Source: Gemmatimonadota bacterium (GTDB lineage: Bacteria; Gemmatimonadota; Gemmatimonadetes; Gemmatimonadales; GWC2-71-9). From it: a DNA stretch of 37,321 bases. Position 1 is the first letter of the stretch; every line of letters begins with the position of its first letter. The DNA lies in assembly GCA_039586365.1 (NCBI GenBank), contig JBDHKN010000046.1, positions 1 through 37,321 on the forward strand, read 5' to 3'. Below the pieces are notes generated by a model that was given only the letters and a program-made list of their open reading frames with translations, made no database searches and was not told where the DNA came from. The position numbers were made by a program, and so were the translations under genes. Below are positions 33,444-37,321 of this stretch, one piece after another.

Positions 33444-34018
33444 AGCCACTCCTCGATGGCGCTGCGGGCCGTGCCCGAGACAATGTCCGTAAACCGAATG
33501 TCGAGAACCATCTTACCCTCTAGCGATTGGTCAAGCAGGTCAGTACGTAAGCGGATAATCCGCATGGCCTCTTCGCGCGGGACGCCGTAACAACGGACCA
33601 TCGACGCCGCTACGTCCACGGGATCGCGGTGCAGGCGGATGTATCGCTGCTGCCCAACGAAGATCGGAAACACCCGCTCCTGAAGCAATGACAACACGTC
33701 ACACAGTTGCGGGTCTTTAATGCCCCATTCGTTCGCCACATACTCCGCCGCGTTCTTCGCCTTCAGCATCCGCGAACCGTACAGCCGCTCTGCGATCCAA
33801 CAGTACCACCTCGCTGATATCGCCCGTCGATACAACGCGTCATTCAGGTCACGCCAGTCGAGGTCTTCCCAGTAGCCGTCGGGGTTCGTCTCGTCGGCCG
33901 CCCTGAACCGTGATCCCATGTTGACACCAAGGTCAATGAGCCATTTGGCAACGGTTGACGAGCCGCTACGGCCGGGGCTCAGGACTAGGACGGGGAAGGG
34001 GCCTACCATGTTTGACAA
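33440..34018 (-). CDS. PAPS-dependent sulfotransferase family protein
   Basis: VLSPGRSGSS (5'PSB), LGVNMG..NPDGYWED, WGIKDP, HRDPVDVAAS (3'PB). Confidence 0.88.
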   Translation of the reverse strand: MSNMVGPFPVLVLSPGRSGSSTVAKWLIDLGVNMGSRFRAADETNPDGYWEDLDWRDLNDALYRRAISARWYCWIAERLYGSRMLKAKNAAEYVANEWGIKDPQLCDVLSLLQERVFPIFVGQQRYIRLHRDPVDVAASMVRCYGVPREEAMRIIRLRTDLLDQSLEGKMVLDIRFTDIVSGTARSAIEEWL

Positions 34019-34209
34019 TACTCTATTACAGCATCCAGGAACACACGCACACGCTGAAGCTCGGCCACCAGTCCCGGCTCTGGATTGCGGATCTTCTTCG
34101 CTTCATCCCATGCCATCTCCAGCACGCGTACCCTGGCCTTGACTACACCGAGGCCCGCCAGCACGTCTTCCATTGCCGTATGAAACGCTTGTTCGCGACC
34201 ATCTCTCAT
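34003..34209 (-). CDS. Hypothetical helical protein
   Basis: ATGA coupling, amphipathic helices. Confidence 0.6.
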   Translation of the reverse strand: MRDGREQAFHTAMEDVLAGLGVVKARVRVLEMAWDEAKKIRNPEPGLVAELQRVRVFLDAVIEYCQTW

Positions 34210-34421
34210 TTCAACAACACCTTAAACCGAGTGTAATCGCCCGCCAGTTCCGGGTCACGCTCACCGGGGTATACGCACTGTTTGCAGCGGGCGTACCGGA
34301 TGTTCGGCCCATTGTGTCCGTAAATCTCGATGTGGTCCGGGCTGTCACAGTAGGGGCACTTTAACTGCTTGAACTCCACGACCGGGATCTTTACCTGGAA
34401 ATCAACTTTCTCGGGCGCCAT
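34206..34421 (-). CDS. Ogr/Delta-like zinc-ribbon protein
   Basis: LKCPYC..IRYARCKQC..TRFK; start trimmed to ATG 34421 to limit overlap with terL. Confidence 0.6.
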   Translation of the reverse strand: MAPEKVDFQVKIPVVEFKQLKCPYCDSPDHIEIYGHNGPNIRYARCKQCVYPGERDPELAGDYTRFKVLLK

Positions 34422-36394
34422 CCCAACGTCGACCTGCCAATCCGGCGGGGTTGGCGCTGTCGGCTCGTCGAGGGTTCCGACGTTTGGGCCGTTGCCGCCG
34501 TTTGCGCCGCCACCGACTCCTTGGTCATTGCCAAGAGTCCCCGGTGATCCGCTATCGCCAGGCCGTACACTTCTGCGTCCAGATAGTGGTTCGGTGCGTG
34601 CGCCGTCTTCGGCTCCCACACCGCCACTCTTCTTTTTGCGCGTCCCACGCTTACGGTTTTCCATACCTGTTGCTCCGATGTCAGTTGCACACAATAGTCG
34701 TCCTCCGCTTCGGCGTATAGATGGAAGCAGCCCGGCTGACCCGCTGGCGTGTGGATCATCCGGTGTAACATTTCCTTGTGCATCGATGTGTTGACGTGAA
34801 ACAGCATTACCTCGCGAACCGTCGTCGATCGGCCGATCTGATACTTCACCGACGACGGCCGAACGCTATAGACCGGGTCCTGTTGGCCCTTGCAGCAGTA
34901 CACGCCGCGGTTCGCACGGGCGAATTCGTAAACCTCTTTCGTTCGGTGGCCAGAGTCAATCGCAAGATACAGCGGCGACAACCCTCGGCCGCCGTCCTCA
35001 CGCGGGTAGACGTGTGTCGCTACCGCCATCAGCTCTTCGAAGGTTATCACTGTCCCGTGACGTATCAGCCAATTCTCACGCAGGAAGCCCCAGGCGCGAA
35101 CCCCGTAATAGATATGGTCCTTCTGCACATCGGCATATAGAACCAGCGCCTGCGCGTCTTTCGGAACGAGATCCCGCGGAAGCCCCGCTTCCCGCTTTTC
35201 CTCCAGCTCCGACAGCTTGACCTCTTCGATCGCCTCTTTCCACGGCTCGCCCAGCGTGGCATTGACGAACACGCGCAACGACTCCGGGTCGTCCTTGCAT
35301 TCGAACCACTCGGCCAGGATGTCCGACCAGTCACGCCACGGACTGTATAGCGCGTTGATGTGAAACCCCGCGATATCAGTCAGCGGCGGATCGCCTGCGA
35401 TGGCCGGCAACCACCGGTTAGGGTGATCGAACACGGCCCGCTCGACGACCCGCCGCCGGGAGCATGGGAGCTGTTGGGTTATCCGTTCACTGTGCGTGAT
35501 CCACACGCCGCGCTCGGCCATCCATCGCTGGTGTTTCGTGTGCTTCAGCTTCGCACCGCACGACTCGCACTCGTACCACGCAAGGTCGAGCTTGCGGATA
35601 CGCTGGGGATCGCGTTCCTTCTCCGCAACCTTGATCTGGTCAAACCGCAGCACCTGATAAGTGCCGCACTTCGGGCACGGAACGTGGTACTCGCGCCGAT
35701 CGCTGATAAGCCACGTTTGCCAAGCCGTCGCGTGCTCGACCGTCGGCGTGCTGTTCAGGACGCACTTACAGCGACCCTTGTACGTCGTGAGCCGCTTCAA
35801 GATGAGCTTCAGCGTATTGCCCAGGTTCCCCGCCTGCTTGTCACAGTTGTCGATCTCGTCGCAGAACGCCCACCGGATGGCACGGCGGATCAGGGTCCGC
35901 GGGGCTTTCGCCCACGCCATATGCAACCGCATCACGTCCAGATCAAGCTGGTCGAGCGTGTCCCAACCGGGCCCGGGGATATGCCGCGCCAATGCGGGGC
36001 TCTGCTCGATCATCGGGATGATCCGGTCGCGGCATTCTTCGCGCGCGTCCTTTTCCGTTGGGTACGTGTAGAGCACAGGTCCGGGTTGGTGGTCGACCGA
36101 ATAGGCGACCATGTTGTTGACCGCCTCGGTGCCACCCACCTGAGACGACTTCACAAAGTCGACGATCGCCACGCCCGGCTCGGTGAATGCGTCCATTACG
36201 CCCTGGAGGTACGGTGTGATCCGCACATCGTAGGGTCCGGGCATGTTCCCGCTCGTGAGCTGGCGGTGCTTATTGGCCCACTCGGTCACCGATAGGCGTT
36301 CGCGCGGAGCCCAGGCGTTACGGGGGGGATGTTGAACGGTTGGGGTCTTAGCTACCATTTGGCTCGCTTCGCGACTGGGCGGGGCAAGGATCAT
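34391..36394 (-). CDS. terL: Terminase large subunit, lambda GpA family
   Basis: TPYLQGVMD, KSSQVGGTE, FCDEID, STPT, YHVPCPKC, FVNATLGEPW, DVQ, IDSG, NHYLDAEVY. Confidence 0.96.
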   Translation of the reverse strand: MILAPPSREASQMVAKTPTVQHPPRNAWAPRERLSVTEWANKHRQLTSGNMPGPYDVRITPYLQGVMDAFTEPGVAIVDFVKSSQVGGTEAVNNMVAYSVDHQPGPVLYTYPTEKDAREECRDRIIPMIEQSPALARHIPGPGWDTLDQLDLDVMRLHMAWAKAPRTLIRRAIRWAFCDEIDNCDKQAGNLGNTLKLILKRLTTYKGRCKCVLNSTPTVEHATAWQTWLISDRREYHVPCPKCGTYQVLRFDQIKVAEKERDPQRIRKLDLAWYECESCGAKLKHTKHQRWMAERGVWITHSERITQQLPCSRRRVVERAVFDHPNRWLPAIAGDPPLTDIAGFHINALYSPWRDWSDILAEWFECKDDPESLRVFVNATLGEPWKEAIEEVKLSELEEKREAGLPRDLVPKDAQALVLYADVQKDHIYYGVRAWGFLRENWLIRHGTVITFEELMAVATHVYPREDGGRGLSPLYLAIDSGHRTKEVYEFARANRGVYCCKGQQDPVYSVRPSSVKYQIGRSTTVREVMLFHVNTSMHKEMLHRMIHTPAGQPGCFHLYAEAEDDYCVQLTSEQQVWKTVSVGRAKRRVAVWEPKTAHAPNHYLDAEVYGLAIADHRGLLAMTKESVAAQTAATAQTSEPSTSRQRQPRRIGRSTLGWRPRKLISR

Positions 36395-36621
36395 TTGCTT
36401 TCCGCCTCGGCAATGGCGGCCTGAAGCTTAGCAACTAGCTCCGACAACGGCCCCACAGCGGCCTTACATGCTTCAAGCAGGTCGACGCCGGTGGCACACA
36501 GCCCCACCGCACACTTTCTACACCAGCAACCACGAGCGGCTATCAGCCAGCCTTCCGGTTCGGTTTCCAGCACACCGCAGTGGTCGCATTTTACCAAGCC
36601 TTCCCGTATGAATTCGCTCAC
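36391..36621 (-). CDS. Hypothetical Zn-binding protein
   Basis: CDHC..CRKC..DLLEACK; AGGAGG RBS, coupled on both sides. Confidence 0.65.
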   Translation of the reverse strand: MSEFIREGLVKCDHCGVLETEPEGWLIAARGCWCRKCAVGLCATGVDLLEACKAAVGPLSELVAKLQAAIAEAESK

Positions 36622-37250
36622 ACCTTCCTCCTATTGTGCCGCCGGCTGACGGCCTTCGCTTTCTGCTTGTCCTTCCCGCTGTCAGGCTCCGGCGCGACGC
36701 CAACCGCCCGCTCCAGTGCGTGGATCTCCCGACAGATCCGGTCGTAACGATCGGTGGCCAATTTCGCGATACGCTCGCGAGTAGCACCGTGGAACATCTC
36801 CGGCATGGCGCCGACGAACTGCTCGACCTTCGTGCGGACAGCGGCCATGATCCGGTGGTACTCAGCGTCGGAGTCGGCCCGCTTGATGTGTAGACCGGCC
36901 GCAACCTGATTCTCAAACTCGATCTTACGCCACTGAGCGATGGTCTTGCGGCGATCCGCCTCCGTCTTGCTGATAGCCTGCGGATCTTTCGGTGGGTCGA
37001 CCTCACGGGCCAGCCCGGCCTGTCGCATCCACTTTTCGTAGCGCTCGCCATCGGGCTCAGGTGCCTTGCCGTCATGCTGCCAATGTAGATGGGCCATCCG
37101 CCACGCAACAACGGCACCAACTGGGTACGGACCCTCAGGACCAAATGGCCAGTCGGAGCGCTTCGTCCAACGCTGGACGCTCTGTGTACTAACTCCGACA
37201 GCTTCGCCGAGCTTGACTTGATTCTTCGCACTTGGCTTCTTGCTGGAAAT
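36618..37250 (-). CDS. Terminase small subunit (Nu1-like winged HTH), start codon uncertain (ATT)
   Basis: In-frame upstream extension NQVKLGEAVGVSTQSVQRW..WP..YPVGAVVAWR; coiled coil RKIEFENQVAAGLHI; upstream of terL. Confidence 0.72.
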   Translation of the reverse strand: MSSKKPSAKNQVKLGEAVGVSTQSVQRWTKRSDWPFGPEGPYPVGAVVAWRMAHLHWQHDGKAPEPDGERYEKWMRQAGLAREVDPPKDPQAISKTEADRRKTIAQWRKIEFENQVAAGLHIKRADSDAEYHRIMAAVRTKVEQFVGAMPEMFHGATRERIAKLATDRYDRICREIHALERAVGVAPEPDSGKDKQKAKAVSRRHNRRKV

Positions 37251-37321
37251 ATCGCAGTTCTACCTAACAGACAACCCGAAAAAAGGATACGTACACCGTT
37301 TATTCACACAATACCTTGACC

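Larger units (their letters stand above)
1..37321. mobile_element. Temperate tailed phage genome segment (siphovirus-like), unintegrated form
   Basis: Complete packaging-head-tail gene order, integrase/xis/repressor module, intact attP with phage genes on both sides, no host housekeeping genes. Confidence 0.93.

Noticed and set aside
34422..34694. Long N-terminal extension of the Zn-ribbon ORF
   Set aside because: Lies wholly inside conserved terL nuclease codons and is low complexity
35360..36295. 311-aa plus-strand ORF
   Set aside because: Antisense shadow of terL
37260..37274. TAG recoding to explain the terS start
   Set aside because: TAG ends many well-defined genes in the window (int, YqaJ-operon neighbours, GT), so the code appears standard

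Overview
A GC-rich temperate tailed phage (siphovirus-like) segment, apparently in the excised/free form because it carries an intact attP built around the 3' half of a tRNA-Val(TAC) at ~7554-7598. Read on the minus strand from the right end: small terminase (HTH, no canonical start), lambda GpA-type large terminase, Ogr-like Zn ribbon, a sulfotransferase + GT-A glycosyltransferase pair, gpW, lambda-type portal, protease/scaffold, decoration protein, Mu gpT-type major capsid, head-tail joining and tail genes, a short tape measure, and a large set of appendage proteins (beta-helix, Ser/Thr 20-aa repeat + LamG + His-repeat protein, Kelch propeller), ending in a holin-like gene. The centre holds a lysogeny switch (divergent HTH repressor and small regulator with a near-consensus sigma70 promoter), an excisionase-like gene overlapping a tyrosine integrase tail-to-tail, and a small rightward cassette. 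The left arm is an early/recombination operon (ERF, YqaJ, RusA, T5orf172, HNH, many small ORFs) with structured intergenic RNAs, an unannotated 37-aa hydrophobic peptide and Cys-rich secreted proteins. No recognisable replication initiator/helicase or endolysin is in the window. All family assignments are by motif recognition, not database search.
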